Origin: an uncultured bacterium
GTDB taxonomy: Bacteria; Patescibacteriota; Minisyncoccia; UBA6257; 2-01-FULL-56-20
Assembly: GCA_963747905.1 (NCBI GenBank)
Contig: CAVVHF010000025.1
Span: 1 to 49,573 of the forward strand
Direction: 5' to 3'
Length of the DNA stretch: 49,573 nucleotides
The notes under the pieces are model-generated. The model saw only the letters and a list, made by a program, of their open reading frames with translations, searched no databases and was not told the DNA's origin. Each line of letters opens with the position of its first letter. Position 1 is the first letter of the stretch. Positions 23,850 through 33,773 of this stretch are shown in pieces. The position numbers and the translations under genes were made by a program.

Positions 23850-25304
23850 ATGATAAACGATACTATTTTCAGCCACCCCGTCACCGCCGCCGTCATCGCA
23901 GCACTTTTACTTTTGGGGATCATCGCCAAGTTGATGAAGTTCTCGTTCGAGCGCATCGCAAAGTGGTATCTCTATATCGCCGTCTTTTCCATCGTCATCG
24001 TTATGAATTCTATATTCTTCCCCTTTATCGGCGGGAAGGATTTTTTCTTTCGGTTCGTCGTAGAATTGGCGCTCGCGTGCATGGTACTCTGGTGGGCGTT
24101 CGAAGCGAAGAAGGGCGATTTAAAAAAGCGCGTCGCCACGCTTTTCCATAAGCCACTTGTTATCGCCGTCACGGTGTTCGCGGCAATCTTCGAGCTTGCG
24201 TGCGTGTTCGCCTACGACTTCCACGCGGCATTCTGGTCCAACTACGAGCGCGGCGAGGGTGGTTTCCAAATGTTGCACTACTATCTTTTCTTCCTGCTCC
24301 TCGTGCTCATCTTTACTAACGAGAAAGACTGGGAGAACTTGTTCCGTTTCTCGCTCGTTTCTGCCGGCCTGATAATCTTATACGGCATCGCCGGAAATTA
24401 TTCCGTGGCGGGCTTTATCGGCCCATACGCAGGCAGCACGGCGCCGGCTGGCTGGTGGCACGAGCTCATTGACGGACGCTTTGAGGGATCGCTCGGCAAT
24501 TCGGCGTATGTGGACGCGTACCTTTTATTCTCGATGTTCTATGTTGGCTATTTGTGGGTTGCGAGCGCACGCGAGAAAACGCTCACGCAACTTAAATCAT
24601 GGGGATACGGCGTGGCGTTGGCGGTTGTCGTGATCTTCTTTATCCTCGCCCAGACGCGCGGCGCATTCCTCGGTCTCGCGGCAGCGCTCTTTGCGGCGGT
24701 GCTTTATACGGTATTCTCAAACAGCGGCAAAATTCGCAAATGGGGCCTTCTGGCGTTATGCGTCCTTGTCGTGCTTGGTGTCGGTATCTATGCGGCAAGG
24801 AATACCAAGTTTGTCTCCAGTTTCCCTGAGGGGCGCCTACTGCAGCTGAGCTTATCCGATCCGACGGCACAGACCCGTCTTTGGGTGTGGAATGAGGCGT
24901 GGCATGGATTTTTGGAGAAGCCGGTACTCGGCTGGGGTCCGGAGAACTTTACGCCGGTGTATGACAACTTCTTTAACCCGAAGTTCTACGTTCCCGGACA
25001 GAATAACGAGACGTGGTTCGACCGTGCGCATAGCGTGTACTTCGATTACCTTTCAGAGACCGGCATTCTTGGCCTTCTGAGCTACCTCGGCATGTTCTTT
25101 ATGTTCTACTGGGAATTTTTCAAGGGTCCGCACAAGCACGCGGAATCGCGCTTACAGAGGGCACTCGTCTTTGCTATCCCTATTGCGTACCTCGGCCAGG
25201 GCGTTGCCATCTTCGACGTCTTCCCGATGTACATCAGCCTGTTCGGGTTCCTCGCGTTCGCGGCATACTATTTCTCGGTCCATAAAAAAGAGGTAAAAGT
25301 GTAA
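23850..25304 (+). CDS. O-antigen ligase / Wzy_C-family polytopic membrane protein
   Basis: 484 aa with 10 or more TM helices. FILAQTRGAFLGLAAALF matches the Wzy_C signature (SRGAxLG). A large extracytoplasmic loop follows. Confidence 0.72.
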   Translation: MINDTIFSHPVTAAVIAALLLLGIIAKLMKFSFERIAKWYLYIAVFSIVIVMNSIFFPFIGGKDFFFRFVVELALACMVLWWAFEAKKGDLKKRVATLFHKPLVIAVTVFAAIFELACVFAYDFHAAFWSNYERGEGGFQMLHYYLFFLLLVLIFTNEKDWENLFRFSLVSAGLIILYGIAGNYSVAGFIGPYAGSTAPAGWWHELIDGRFEGSLGNSAYVDAYLLFSMFYVGYLWVASAREKTLTQLKSWGYGVALAVVVIFFILAQTRGAFLGLAAALFAAVLYTVFSNSGKIRKWGLLALCVLVVLGVGIYAARNTKFVSSFPEGRLLQLSLSDPTAQTRLWVWNEAWHGFLEKPVLGWGPENFTPVYDNFFNPKFYVPGQNNETWFDRAHSVYFDYLSETGILGLLSYLGMFFMFYWEFFKGPHKHAESRLQRALVFAIPIAYLGQGVAIFDVFPMYISLFGFLAFAAYYFSVHKKEVKV

Positions 25305-25315
25305 CCATCAATATC

Positions 25316-25981
25316 ATGGAAGACCGAACATATCAAAGAGTTGTTGCCATCATCATCGTAGCCGCCATTTTTGGCATCGCGGCGTACGGCTCGTACATGC
25401 CGATGCGCAAAGCGCAAATGTTCATCGCTACGTTACAGGGATTGCAGACCCAGCAGGGTCAGGCAACGTCATTGCAGGATCTTGAGAACAAGCTTTCCGC
25501 GCCACTCAATTATCCTTCGCCAATCGGTCAGGAAGAACTCGTACGTAATATGGCGAACAGCATCCTTTCGTTTGTTCAGCAGAGCACTGATGCAAGTTCC
25601 ACCGGCGCACTTATCGGCTATCTTAACAGCTATTACGATCCGATATTGAACCAAGGCAAAGGTATGAGCTTTGGCCAGGACCTTTACCTTGAGGGCGCCA
25701 TCAATGAGATCGCATTTGCGAACACCGGCAATCCGACGTACCTCGCCGCCGCGCAAAAGTGGTATTCAGAAGGAGTAGCGCTCGGTCCGAACCGCCCGCA
25801 GGCGCTCTATGGCCTCTTTGATGTTTATCGCGCGGAAAGCAACGCAAGTGGCACCATCGCGATCGGCGATACGATCCTTCACAACTGGCCGACAGATACG
25901 AATATTCAACAGGCGATGGTATTGTATAAGACAATGGCTTCAAGCACTGTCAAAGTAGCAACGACTACGGGAACGAAGTAA
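25316..25981 (+). CDS. Hypothetical membrane-anchored protein (221 aa)
   Basis: An N-terminal TM helix is followed by a helical soluble domain. The gene starts 12 nt after the ligase-like gene, so the two are probably co-transcribed. No family recognised. Confidence 0.5.
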   Translation: MEDRTYQRVVAIIIVAAIFGIAAYGSYMPMRKAQMFIATLQGLQTQQGQATSLQDLENKLSAPLNYPSPIGQEELVRNMANSILSFVQQSTDASSTGALIGYLNSYYDPILNQGKGMSFGQDLYLEGAINEIAFANTGNPTYLAAAQKWYSEGVALGPNRPQALYGLFDVYRAESNASGTIAIGDTILHNWPTDTNIQQAMVLYKTMASSTVKVATTTGTK

Positions 25982-26241
25982 GATTTTTTAATTCGCGATT
26001 TCCGTTGAGCGGCGATAGAAGAATATCTTGGATCAGGATTGTACGAAAACAAGTTAAATACTCTTTGTCGAATTTAAAGTTTGGCAACGAAAAAGAGCGC
26101 CTTGGTTATTTAGAAAAAAACGTTTGGGTGTAAACGTGAGGTTTTCCAATCAGAGTCTATCAATATAGATCTTAAAGATAATCATTCTGCTATCTGCCCG
26201 CAATCGCTTTGCTAAAGAATAGGATTTTAGGGCAAACATTC

Positions 26242-26247
26242 TATAAT
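26242..26247 (+). promoter_or_regulatory. -10 box TATAAT 6 nt upstream of ATG 26254 (leaderless-type)
   Basis: TATAAT-AAAAGT-ATG. Confidence 0.45.
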
Positions 26248-26253
26248 AAAAGT

Positions 26254-27198
26254 ATGGACCGTTTTGATGTCCCCATCCTCTTTGTCGTTTTCAATCGTCT
26301 CGACACCACGCAGCGTGTTTTTGGAAAGATAAGAGAGATTAAGCCGAAACGTCTCTTTGTGGTGGCCGATGGGCCGCGGGATGATTATCCCGGAGAAAAA
26401 GAGCGATGTGCGGCGGTCAGGGAATATATTTTAAAGAACATCGATTGGGAGTGTGATCTTCAAATCCGTTTTCGGGATAAGAATTGGGGGGTCCGCCGAT
26501 CGCCATCGGATGGGATAAGTTGGTTTTTTTCAAAAAACGAACGTGGGATCATCTTGGAAGATGATTGTCTGCCGAACAACTCTTTTTTTGTGTTTGTTCG
26601 CGAGATGCTCGATCGGTTTGCCGGCGACGAAAGGGTCATGCATATAAGCGGTAATTTTTTTCAGAAAGATGCTGTTGATGGTGCAAGCTATTATTTTTCG
26701 CAAATCCCTCACATATGGGGATGGGCGACATGGCGCCGCGCTTGGGAAAAATATGATATTGATATGAGAACATACCCCGATTTTCTCAAGAGAAAAGGAT
26801 TCCGTGGCATATTCAAATCTGACTATTGCCGTACCGAATGGAAGTGCCTGCTTGACCAGGCGTATACTCCTCGGTTTAACAGTTGGGATTTTCAATGGAC
26901 CTACGCGCTTTTTGACCGCCATGGGATGGCGGTCACGCCGAATAAAAATTTAGTTGAGAATCTTGGTTTTCGTGATGACGCAACACATTCTTCCGATGGA
27001 GAAAACCCGCTTGGCAGCCTCGTCGCGGAGAACATGTCTTTCCCTCTCGTGCATCCCGCGTCCATTGTGGCAAATAAAGAGGCCGACGAATATGAAAGCC
27101 GGCATTTTTTCTATTTTACGCGAGCTAAATATATACTTTGCAAAGTAGGTCTTTTCCGTGGCGTTCAAAAGATTTATCAATATATCAAAAAACGATGA
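26254..27198 (+). CDS. Nucleotide-diphospho-sugar glycosyltransferase (HlpA-like / GT-A fold)
   Basis: VPILFVVFNRLDTTQRVFGKIREIKPKRLFVVADGPR...GIILEDDCLP resembles the HlpA-like GT family. ORF 26209 (TTG) trimmed to ATG 26254. Confidence 0.6.
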   Translation: MDRFDVPILFVVFNRLDTTQRVFGKIREIKPKRLFVVADGPRDDYPGEKERCAAVREYILKNIDWECDLQIRFRDKNWGVRRSPSDGISWFFSKNERGIILEDDCLPNNSFFVFVREMLDRFAGDERVMHISGNFFQKDAVDGASYYFSQIPHIWGWATWRRAWEKYDIDMRTYPDFLKRKGFRGIFKSDYCRTEWKCLLDQAYTPRFNSWDFQWTYALFDRHGMAVTPNKNLVENLGFRDDATHSSDGENPLGSLVAENMSFPLVHPASIVANKEADEYESRHFFYFTRAKYILCKVGLFRGVQKIYQYIKKR

Positions 27199-28403
27199 AT
27201 ATTCTCGAGGTCAATACCAAGGATCATCGTGGTGGCGCAGCACAGATATTTTGGTCGCTCAAGGAAGGACTTCGCCGCAGGGGAGATGTGGTAACCGGTT
27301 TTGTCAGCCAAAAGATTTCCAATGATCCCGCTATAAAGACTGTCGGACAGTCGCGCACGCGAAAGTTATTATCATTTACCCTTTCCAACGATATCGTTTT
27401 CTATAATTCCAATTCGATTTTGGCGTCAGAAGAATTTCGCTCCTGCGATGTTGTGCATCTGCATAATATCAGCGGGCATTTTTTTGACCTTCGCGCGCTC
27501 GTGGCAATGGGAGAGAAAAAACCGGTGTTGTGGACGTTTCATGATATGTATCCCATAGATCATTATTACGCTTATAGCTCTGGAGAACATCCCGTGAGCG
27601 GCCTTTTTGATGGAACGACACGCCATTGGTCGGGGAGATTCTTGTGGTATAACAAGCAGTGGCTTAAAAAAACAAAGCTTGGCATCTATCGCAATGCCCG
27701 ATTCGGGATCGCGGTTCCTTCGGAGTGGCTGAAGCAAAAGGTTGAGGCGACGCCGCTCGCGGGAAAAGAGATCACGGTCGTTTATAATGGTATCGACATC
27801 GGTGTGTTCCATCCACGCGACCGTGCTGCGTGTCGTGCCGCGCTTGGCCTGCCGCAGGACAAAAAGATTGTTATGTTCGTTTCCGACGGAGGGATGAACA
27901 ACTCTTCGAAGGGAGGTTGGTATGCCGCGCAGGCGATGGCGTCTTTAAAAAATGACGACGCGTGTTTCATGGTTATAGGGGGGAGCACGGCGGATGCCGC
28001 ACAGAAAAATATCTTGAGCATTCCTTTTGTCAAAGACCGCGACCGCATGGCGGAATATTTTTGCGCAGCGGACTGTTTTCTTTATACTCCTCTTTTTGAT
28101 AATATGCCGCTTGTCGTGTTGGAGGCGATGGCATGCGGGACGCCAATTGTCGGATTCCGGACGGGCGGTATCCCCGAGGCCGCGCGAGAGCAAGAGAACG
28201 GCTTTTTTGCAGAAGCAGGCAGCTGCGGCCAGCTCGTTGCCGCATTAAAAAAAATACTTGCGTTGCCGCACGATGACGCTGTCGCTATGGGCGCGCGATC
28301 AGTCAAAAGGATTAGTGAGGAGTTTACGGAAGAAGGCATGGTCTCGGCATACGCCGATCTCTATAAAAAAACGATCGCCGATTGGAATGAGAGGAAAATA
28401 TAA
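27195..28403 (+). CDS. Glycosyltransferase family 4 (GT-B, group 1)
   Basis: The C-terminal motif is LYTPLFDNMPLVVLEAMACGTPIVGFRTGGIPE (the EX7E region). The ATGA overlaps the upstream stop. Confidence 0.8.
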   Translation: MNILEVNTKDHRGGAAQIFWSLKEGLRRRGDVVTGFVSQKISNDPAIKTVGQSRTRKLLSFTLSNDIVFYNSNSILASEEFRSCDVVHLHNISGHFFDLRALVAMGEKKPVLWTFHDMYPIDHYYAYSSGEHPVSGLFDGTTRHWSGRFLWYNKQWLKKTKLGIYRNARFGIAVPSEWLKQKVEATPLAGKEITVVYNGIDIGVFHPRDRAACRAALGLPQDKKIVMFVSDGGMNNSSKGGWYAAQAMASLKNDDACFMVIGGSTADAAQKNILSIPFVKDRDRMAEYFCAADCFLYTPLFDNMPLVVLEAMACGTPIVGFRTGGIPEAAREQENGFFAEAGSCGQLVAALKKILALPHDDAVAMGARSVKRISEEFTEEGMVSAYADLYKKTIADWNERKI

Positions 28404-29380
28404 TGGACGATCTTTCGCCACCGCTGGTTTCCGTAATCATGCCGACCTACCGGCGTCCGGCGCTCGCACTCCGCGCAATAAAAAGCGTTGCGAGGCAAAC
28501 CTATCCAAATGTTGAGTTGCTTGTTGTTGATGATGATTCCGGCGATGAGACGGAAAAAAAAGTAAAGGAATTCTTTGCGGGCCATCCCGATCTCCGTGGA
28601 ACATATCTTTTGCTCAAAAATGGAGGCCCGTCGGTTGCACGCAATGCCGGAGTGAACACTTCCCATGGCGAGTATCTTGTTTTTTTGGATGACGACGATA
28701 TACTATTCCCCGATTTTATAAAAGAGACCTTATCGGCCTTGGGCGGAGCGGACGCGTCGTATGGTGCGGCATCTTCCGATTATATTGCGGTGGATGGGCA
28801 TACCTGGAAGACATATGAAATCGCCAATTTTGAAAATGTTCTCGGGCCGATTGCACGGAGTACCATGTTCCGCAGGAAGATATTCTTCGGGGACGAGCTT
28901 CGGTTTGACCCTGCGCTCCGTTCGGTGGAGGATCTGGATTTTGGTATGCGTTTTTTTAAAAAATATAAAGCGCTTGCCGTGCACCGGCCGCTCAACGAAT
29001 ATTTTCTTCGTGCTCCTTCTTTTGGCAGCAGCAAGGTTTTTCTTTCGGGAAATTATCAGAACCTTTATGAGAATTTTATTCTTATTCTGCGGCGTTATGC
29101 ATCTGACATAGCGCTCCGGAAAGATATGGATATTATCTTTACGGTGCAGGCGGGAAATCTTGCGGCAAAGGCCGGGCGAATGGATACCGCGCGTGTGCAT
29201 TTTCGGAGGGCGCTGTCCCTTCACTGTTCGGCGATGCCCTTATTCGAATATCTATTGACCTATCTAGGGCGGTCGATATTTATGGCGTGCTTCATTTCCA
29301 TGTGGCATATCAATCGCACGATGCACATTTTAAAATCGCGCGGAAAAATAAAAAAATTAGAAAGAGAGCATGTGTTATAA
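28403..29380 (+). CDS. Glycosyltransferase family 2
   Basis: VSVIMPTYRRPALALRAIKSVARQTYPNVELLVVDDDSGDET...FLDDDD is the classic GT2 N-terminal pattern. TAATG overlaps the upstream gene. Confidence 0.85.
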   Translation: MDDLSPPLVSVIMPTYRRPALALRAIKSVARQTYPNVELLVVDDDSGDETEKKVKEFFAGHPDLRGTYLLLKNGGPSVARNAGVNTSHGEYLVFLDDDDILFPDFIKETLSALGGADASYGAASSDYIAVDGHTWKTYEIANFENVLGPIARSTMFRRKIFFGDELRFDPALRSVEDLDFGMRFFKKYKALAVHRPLNEYFLRAPSFGSSKVFLSGNYQNLYENFILILRRYASDIALRKDMDIIFTVQAGNLAAKAGRMDTARVHFRRALSLHCSAMPLFEYLLTYLGRSIFMACFISMWHINRTMHILKSRGKIKKLEREHVL

Positions 29381-29401
29381 TCGGGAGATACTACGTCTGC
29401 T

Positions 29402-30517
29402 ATGAAGATCGCCATCAATCTGCTCCCCTCCTTGAGCTATCAGGGGATAGAAGCGTACTCGGTCAACCTTATTAATGCGCTTGCGGAGAACTTTCCGGAC
29501 GACGAGTTCGTTTTGATTAAATCGCCTTTTTCTCCCGATTTTTTTGATTTTCACCATAAAAATGTTTCGGCATATGTTATTCCGGTAAAACGCCCGCGCA
29601 AATATCTTTTGGCGATCGCCCAGCAGCGCAAGATAAAAAAAGCGATGAAAGACACGGGGGCCGACATACTATTTTGCCCCTCTCCTGCTGCACCCTTTTT
29701 TATAAAAAATAAGATCGTCACTATTCACGATTGCGCATACGACCGTTTTCCTGAATTCGCGAATCTTGCCTCCAAACTCTATTTCAAGGCGATGTTCTAT
29801 GCCGCGAAACATTATTCAAAAGGCGTGATCACGGTTTCAGAGTTTGCGAAAAAAGAGTTGGTTGGACTCTATGGGTTTCGCACGACTCAGGTATATGCGA
29901 TTCCTCTGGCATTACCAGAATCGCCGGCGATCGCCGATGCGGCGCAAGAAGAAGTGCTCAAGAAATTTAATGCGAAGAAGAGGCGCTATTTCTTTTATAT
30001 AGGGGATACGCGACCGAGAAAGAATATCCTCGGGTTACTTTGTGCATTCGCGCTCTTTCCGCGGAGAGAGAATTATAAGCTGGTCTTAGCAGGGAAGATA
30101 GAAAAAAGATTTCTTGACGTCGCCGACGAGGCGAAAAAGCTGCACGTTGCGGACAGTATCGTTCAAACAGGTTTTGTGAGCGACGAAGAGAAAGTTGCGC
30201 TCTATAAGAATGCTGTAGCCCTTATCTTCCCGAGTTATTACGAAGGGTTCGGGCTTCCAGTCCTGGAAGCCCAATCGTTTGGTACGCCAGTTATTACTTC
30301 TGAAATATCTTCGCTCCCGGAAGTCGGCGGGGAGGGAGCTTTATACATTGACCCATACAACCCTTATGCTATCGTTTCTGCTATGGATACGCTGCTTGAT
30401 GATATAGTCATAACTGAAAGATTGGTTATGGCGGGCTATAAAAACATTGGACGTTTTTCTTGGAATAGGACGGCAACGGAAACAATGGCAGTTTTGCGTA
30501 AGGCGGCGAACAAATGA
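29402..30517 (+). CDS. Glycosyltransferase family 4
   Basis: IFPSYYEGFGLPVLEAQSFGTPVITSEISSLPEVGG is the GT4 EX7E motif. Confidence 0.85.
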   Translation: MKIAINLLPSLSYQGIEAYSVNLINALAENFPDDEFVLIKSPFSPDFFDFHHKNVSAYVIPVKRPRKYLLAIAQQRKIKKAMKDTGADILFCPSPAAPFFIKNKIVTIHDCAYDRFPEFANLASKLYFKAMFYAAKHYSKGVITVSEFAKKELVGLYGFRTTQVYAIPLALPESPAIADAAQEEVLKKFNAKKRRYFFYIGDTRPRKNILGLLCAFALFPRRENYKLVLAGKIEKRFLDVADEAKKLHVADSIVQTGFVSDEEKVALYKNAVALIFPSYYEGFGLPVLEAQSFGTPVITSEISSLPEVGGEGALYIDPYNPYAIVSAMDTLLDDIVITERLVMAGYKNIGRFSWNRTATETMAVLRKAANK

Positions 30518-30559
30518 AGTTTATACTGATGAAGATGGATAATATTAGTCACTGTGAGA

Positions 30560-30565
30560 TAAAAT
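30560..30565 (+). promoter_or_regulatory. -10-like box TAAAAT 6 nt upstream of ATG 30572 (leaderless-type, internal to the cluster)
   Basis: TAAAAT-ATTCTC-ATG. Confidence 0.35.
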
Positions 30566-30571
30566 ATTCTC

Positions 30572-31678
30572 ATGCGCATCCTTCAGGTCAATAAATTATA
30601 TTATCCGTGGATCGGCGGTGTCGAAACGGTCGTCCAGGATATCGCAGAATCTTTCAATAAGAAAGAAGGTGTTGTGGTAGAGAATCTTGTCTGCCAACCG
30701 CGCGGGAAACGGGTGGTTGAAAAAGTAAATGGAGTGGAAATCTATCGGGCGGGGAGCTGGGGAATGATCTCTGGCATGCCGATATCGCTGGATTTTTTCC
30801 GCCTGTTCCGCGCACACGCGAAAGATTCTGACGTGATCATTCTCCATCATCCGTTTCCGCTCGCCTTCGTGGCATATTGGCTTTTTGGAAGAAAGCAGCG
30901 AGTGGTGGTTTGGTATCACTCGGATATCGTGCGCCAAAGACTGCTCAAGATCCCATTCATGCCTTTTATTCGTTTTGCGCTCGGCCACGCAGATGTCATC
31001 TGCGTTTCAAATAATGCGCTTATAAAAAATTCTACCGTGCTCCGTGATTTTTCCGGAAAATGCAGGGTGGTCAATTTTGGTATTGATGTTGCGCGGTTTC
31101 AGGAGACCGATAATGTGCGGCAGAAGGCGGAAGAAATACGGAAGAGATATGGGGCGCCGCTCGTGCTTTCGGTTGGGCGCTTGGTGTATTACAAAGGATT
31201 TCTTTATCTTATCGCCGCCATGAAAGATATTTCTGCGCATTTGCTGATTGTGGGCAGCGGGCCTTTGAAAAATATTTTACAGAACGAGATCGATGAACTA
31301 GGTATCGCTGCAAAAGTTCATATTATTGATTCCGTCGATGATCTTGTTCCTTATTATCATGCATGCGACATTTTTGCGCTTCCGTCATGCGAGCCATCGG
31401 AGGCATTTGGCATTGTGCAAGTGGAAGCCATGGCGTGTGGAAAGCCAGTGATAAATACAGATCTCCCGACCGGCGTTCCGGAAGTGAGCGTTGATGGGGT
31501 AACGGGGAGGACGGTGTCTATAAGAGATGCGAGTGCTTTGACCACCGCACTCCGGGAGATTTTATCCGACAAAGAAGAGTACCTCCGGTTTTCAAAAAAT
31601 GCTTTGGCCGAGGTCGCGAAGCGTTTTACTAAGGAAAGATTTTCTAGCGAGATGGAGAAATATATTCTAGGAAACTAG
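30572..31678 (+). CDS. Glycosyltransferase family 4
   Basis: MRILQVNKLYYPWIGGVE...ALPSCEPSEAFGIVQVEAMACGKPVINTDLPTGVPE. Confidence 0.85.
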   Translation: MRILQVNKLYYPWIGGVETVVQDIAESFNKKEGVVVENLVCQPRGKRVVEKVNGVEIYRAGSWGMISGMPISLDFFRLFRAHAKDSDVIILHHPFPLAFVAYWLFGRKQRVVVWYHSDIVRQRLLKIPFMPFIRFALGHADVICVSNNALIKNSTVLRDFSGKCRVVNFGIDVARFQETDNVRQKAEEIRKRYGAPLVLSVGRLVYYKGFLYLIAAMKDISAHLLIVGSGPLKNILQNEIDELGIAAKVHIIDSVDDLVPYYHACDIFALPSCEPSEAFGIVQVEAMACGKPVINTDLPTGVPEVSVDGVTGRTVSIRDASALTTALREILSDKEEYLRFSKNALAEVAKRFTKERFSSEMEKYILGN

Positions 31679-33150
31679 TTTGCCTCAGCCGTCCTCGCTC
31701 CCATAATATTCTTTATTTCCCCCAGCATTGGTTCCTCGAAAAGGAAGAGTGCAGAGAGATAGACCGCCATAGAGATCAAAATATTTATGATTACCTCCAC
31801 GTGTGCTGTGGCGAGCAGCACGGTCATGATGGCCATCAACGCACTGGCGCCGATGATGCGCCCAAGCCGCGGTAGAATGCTGAACGGGCTCAGCTTCTTC
31901 ATGGCATACCATAAATAGCTATTGCCCAATACCTGCGCAATAAGAGTGGCAACCGCCGATCCGGCCATTCCCCAATGGGGAATGAGGAGTATATCAAAGA
32001 GGACATTTCCGGCGCCGGCGATGGCGGAGGAAATAATCAGGTTTTTCTGATGGTCGTATGCGAAAATGCCAGTGGCGACCACGCTGCCGGCATAATCAAA
32101 TGAGAGATTGAGCATGAGGATTGAGAAGGCGAGGCCTCCCGCGATGTATCCGGCACCGAAGACCACCCGCATGATCTGCGTCCCGAGAATTGCACCGCCC
32201 AAGGAGAGTGGTATTGAGACGAGGAAAATGAGTGCCAATGTGCGTTCAAGCACGAGTCGGAACTTTGCGTTGTCGCGTTTAGCGAGCCGTGATAAAAGCG
32301 GCATGGTACTCATTTGAATGACTCCCGGCACGAGATAGAGCACCTGGACGATGCGGATCCCAGCAGAATAGATGCCGACGGTCGCTGCGGTTTTCATCCA
32401 GCTGATGATGAGGATGTCGGTGCTGGTGAGTAGGACGCCGAGCGCGCCCGTGACGGCGAACGGCCACGCGGTTTTGATGATCGCGATCATGCGTTTAGCG
32501 GACGCTCCCGCAAGGATATTTTTAAATCTCCCCCTCAGGAGCCAGATTGCCGTTATGGCGCCGACCGCGGTGCCGATGGCGTAGGCGTAGGTGAATGATA
32601 GTGCGGTTGCCGATATCGCAAGGAAGACGAAACCAAGGATGGTGATGGTAACATTTTCCAAAAGGAACGAAGCGGCGTCCCATTGCATCTTCTCTTCGGC
32701 GCGGAAAAGCGACGCAAGGAATTCTCGCGTGCTGTCAAAAATGATTATGAGCGCAACTAACGGAAGGAGGATCTTCGCGCCGGGGAGTGTCGAGAAGAGC
32801 GGGGCGACGAAGATGACGACGAGCACGCTCGCGGCGAGTATAATCGCCTTCATAATGAGCGTCGTCGAAAAGAGCGATTGCCGTTCTTCTGGTGATGCTT
32901 TTGCGCCATCCCGGATAAGGACGGAATTGATTCCGGGATCCACAAATATGCCGAAGAATCCTGCCAGGGTCACGGCATACGAAAAGACGCCATATCCTGC
33001 GGTGCCAAGGATGCGCGCGGCATATATAATGATGAAGGCCTTTACGATCCGGGATCCAAATTGAGAGATCGATAACCAAACCGTGTTTTTCGCCACTGTC
33101 TGCTTGGTGGTGGTATTCTTAAAAAGAAAATCTTTTATTTTTTTAAACAT
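31675..33150 (-). CDS. wzx: Wzx-type polysaccharide flippase (MOP superfamily)
   Basis: 491 aa with ~12-14 TM helices. The N-terminus KNTVWLSISQFGSRIVKAFIIIYAARILG is typical of Polysacc_synt. ORF trimmed from the GTG at 33243 to ATG 33150. Confidence 0.78.
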   Translation of the reverse strand: MFKKIKDFLFKNTTTKQTVAKNTVWLSISQFGSRIVKAFIIIYAARILGTAGYGVFSYAVTLAGFFGIFVDPGINSVLIRDGAKASPEERQSLFSTTLIMKAIILAASVLVVIFVAPLFSTLPGAKILLPLVALIIIFDSTREFLASLFRAEEKMQWDAASFLLENVTITILGFVFLAISATALSFTYAYAIGTAVGAITAIWLLRGRFKNILAGASAKRMIAIIKTAWPFAVTGALGVLLTSTDILIISWMKTAATVGIYSAGIRIVQVLYLVPGVIQMSTMPLLSRLAKRDNAKFRLVLERTLALIFLVSIPLSLGGAILGTQIMRVVFGAGYIAGGLAFSILMLNLSFDYAGSVVATGIFAYDHQKNLIISSAIAGAGNVLFDILLIPHWGMAGSAVATLIAQVLGNSYLWYAMKKLSPFSILPRLGRIIGASALMAIMTVLLATAHVEVIINILISMAVYLSALFLFEEPMLGEIKNIMGARTAEAN

Positions 33151-33215
33151 GGGGAAATGGGCTAGTGTATAATATATACAAAGGATAGCTGAAAAAATGA
33201 CTTCCGTAAATTGAT

Positions 33216-33773
33216 ATGGCAAAGATAAAAAAGAGAACGCCACGAGAGCCGGAACATCCCAAAAAAGTGGTGGTGACCGTTTCCGGCGGCTTTGATCCGC
33301 TCCATATCGGCCATGTGCGCATGTTTGAGCACGCGCGGGCGCTCGGCGACGAGCTTGTGGTCATCCTGAACAACGACAATTGGCTTCGGGCAAAAAAAGG
33401 ATTTGCGTTCATGCCGGAAAAGGAGCGCAAAGAGGTGATTGAAGCAATCCGTTCTGTGGATCGGGTGGTAATCACCAAGCATAGGCCGAACGATCCCGAC
33501 ATGAGCGTCTCCCGCGCCCTACGCGCGGTGCGGCCGCACATTTTTGCGAATGGCGGTGACCGGAACGAAGCCAACGCGGCCGATCCGCGATCATCGCTCT
33601 ACAAAGATCTCGGCACCTGTAAGGCGTTGAATATCGATATGGTGTTCGGCGTCGGCAAGGGAGGGAAGATCCAGTCCAGCTCGTGGCTTTTGAAAAAACA
33701 TTTTGAGCACGCGGCGGAAGGGGCGGTTGCCGCAAAGCAAAAGCCGGACCACCGGAGATTAAAAAAAGGTTAA
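33216..33773 (+). CDS. Cytidylyl/adenylyl-transferase (CTP_transf_like; RfaE-domain-II/TagD-like sugar-phosphate nucleotidyltransferase)
   Basis: VVVTVSGGFDPLHIGHVRMFEHARALGDELVVILNND carries the (T/H)xGH motif. It is followed by VDRVVI and FANGGD. Confidence 0.72.
   Translation: MAKIKKRTPREPEHPKKVVVTVSGGFDPLHIGHVRMFEHARALGDELVVILNNDNWLRAKKGFAFMPEKERKEVIEAIRSVDRVVITKHRPNDPDMSVSRALRAVRPHIFANGGDRNEANAADPRSSLYKDLGTCKALNIDMVFGVGKGGKIQSSSWLLKKHFEHAAEGAVAAKQKPDHRRLKKG

Noticed and set aside
25982-26253. 270-nt AT-rich spacer before the GT operon as a ncRNA or pseudogene
   Set aside because: I could find no convincing helices, repeats or conserved-looking ORF. Only short ORFs are present, and it is probably promoter or junction DNA. 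It is mentioned only as a composition boundary.
33151-33243. GTG-initiated N-terminal extension of the wzx ORF
   Set aside because: It would overlap the divergent nucleotidyltransferase start (33216). The Met at 33150 gives the typical Polysacc_synt N-terminus (MFKKIKDFLFKNT...KNTVWL).
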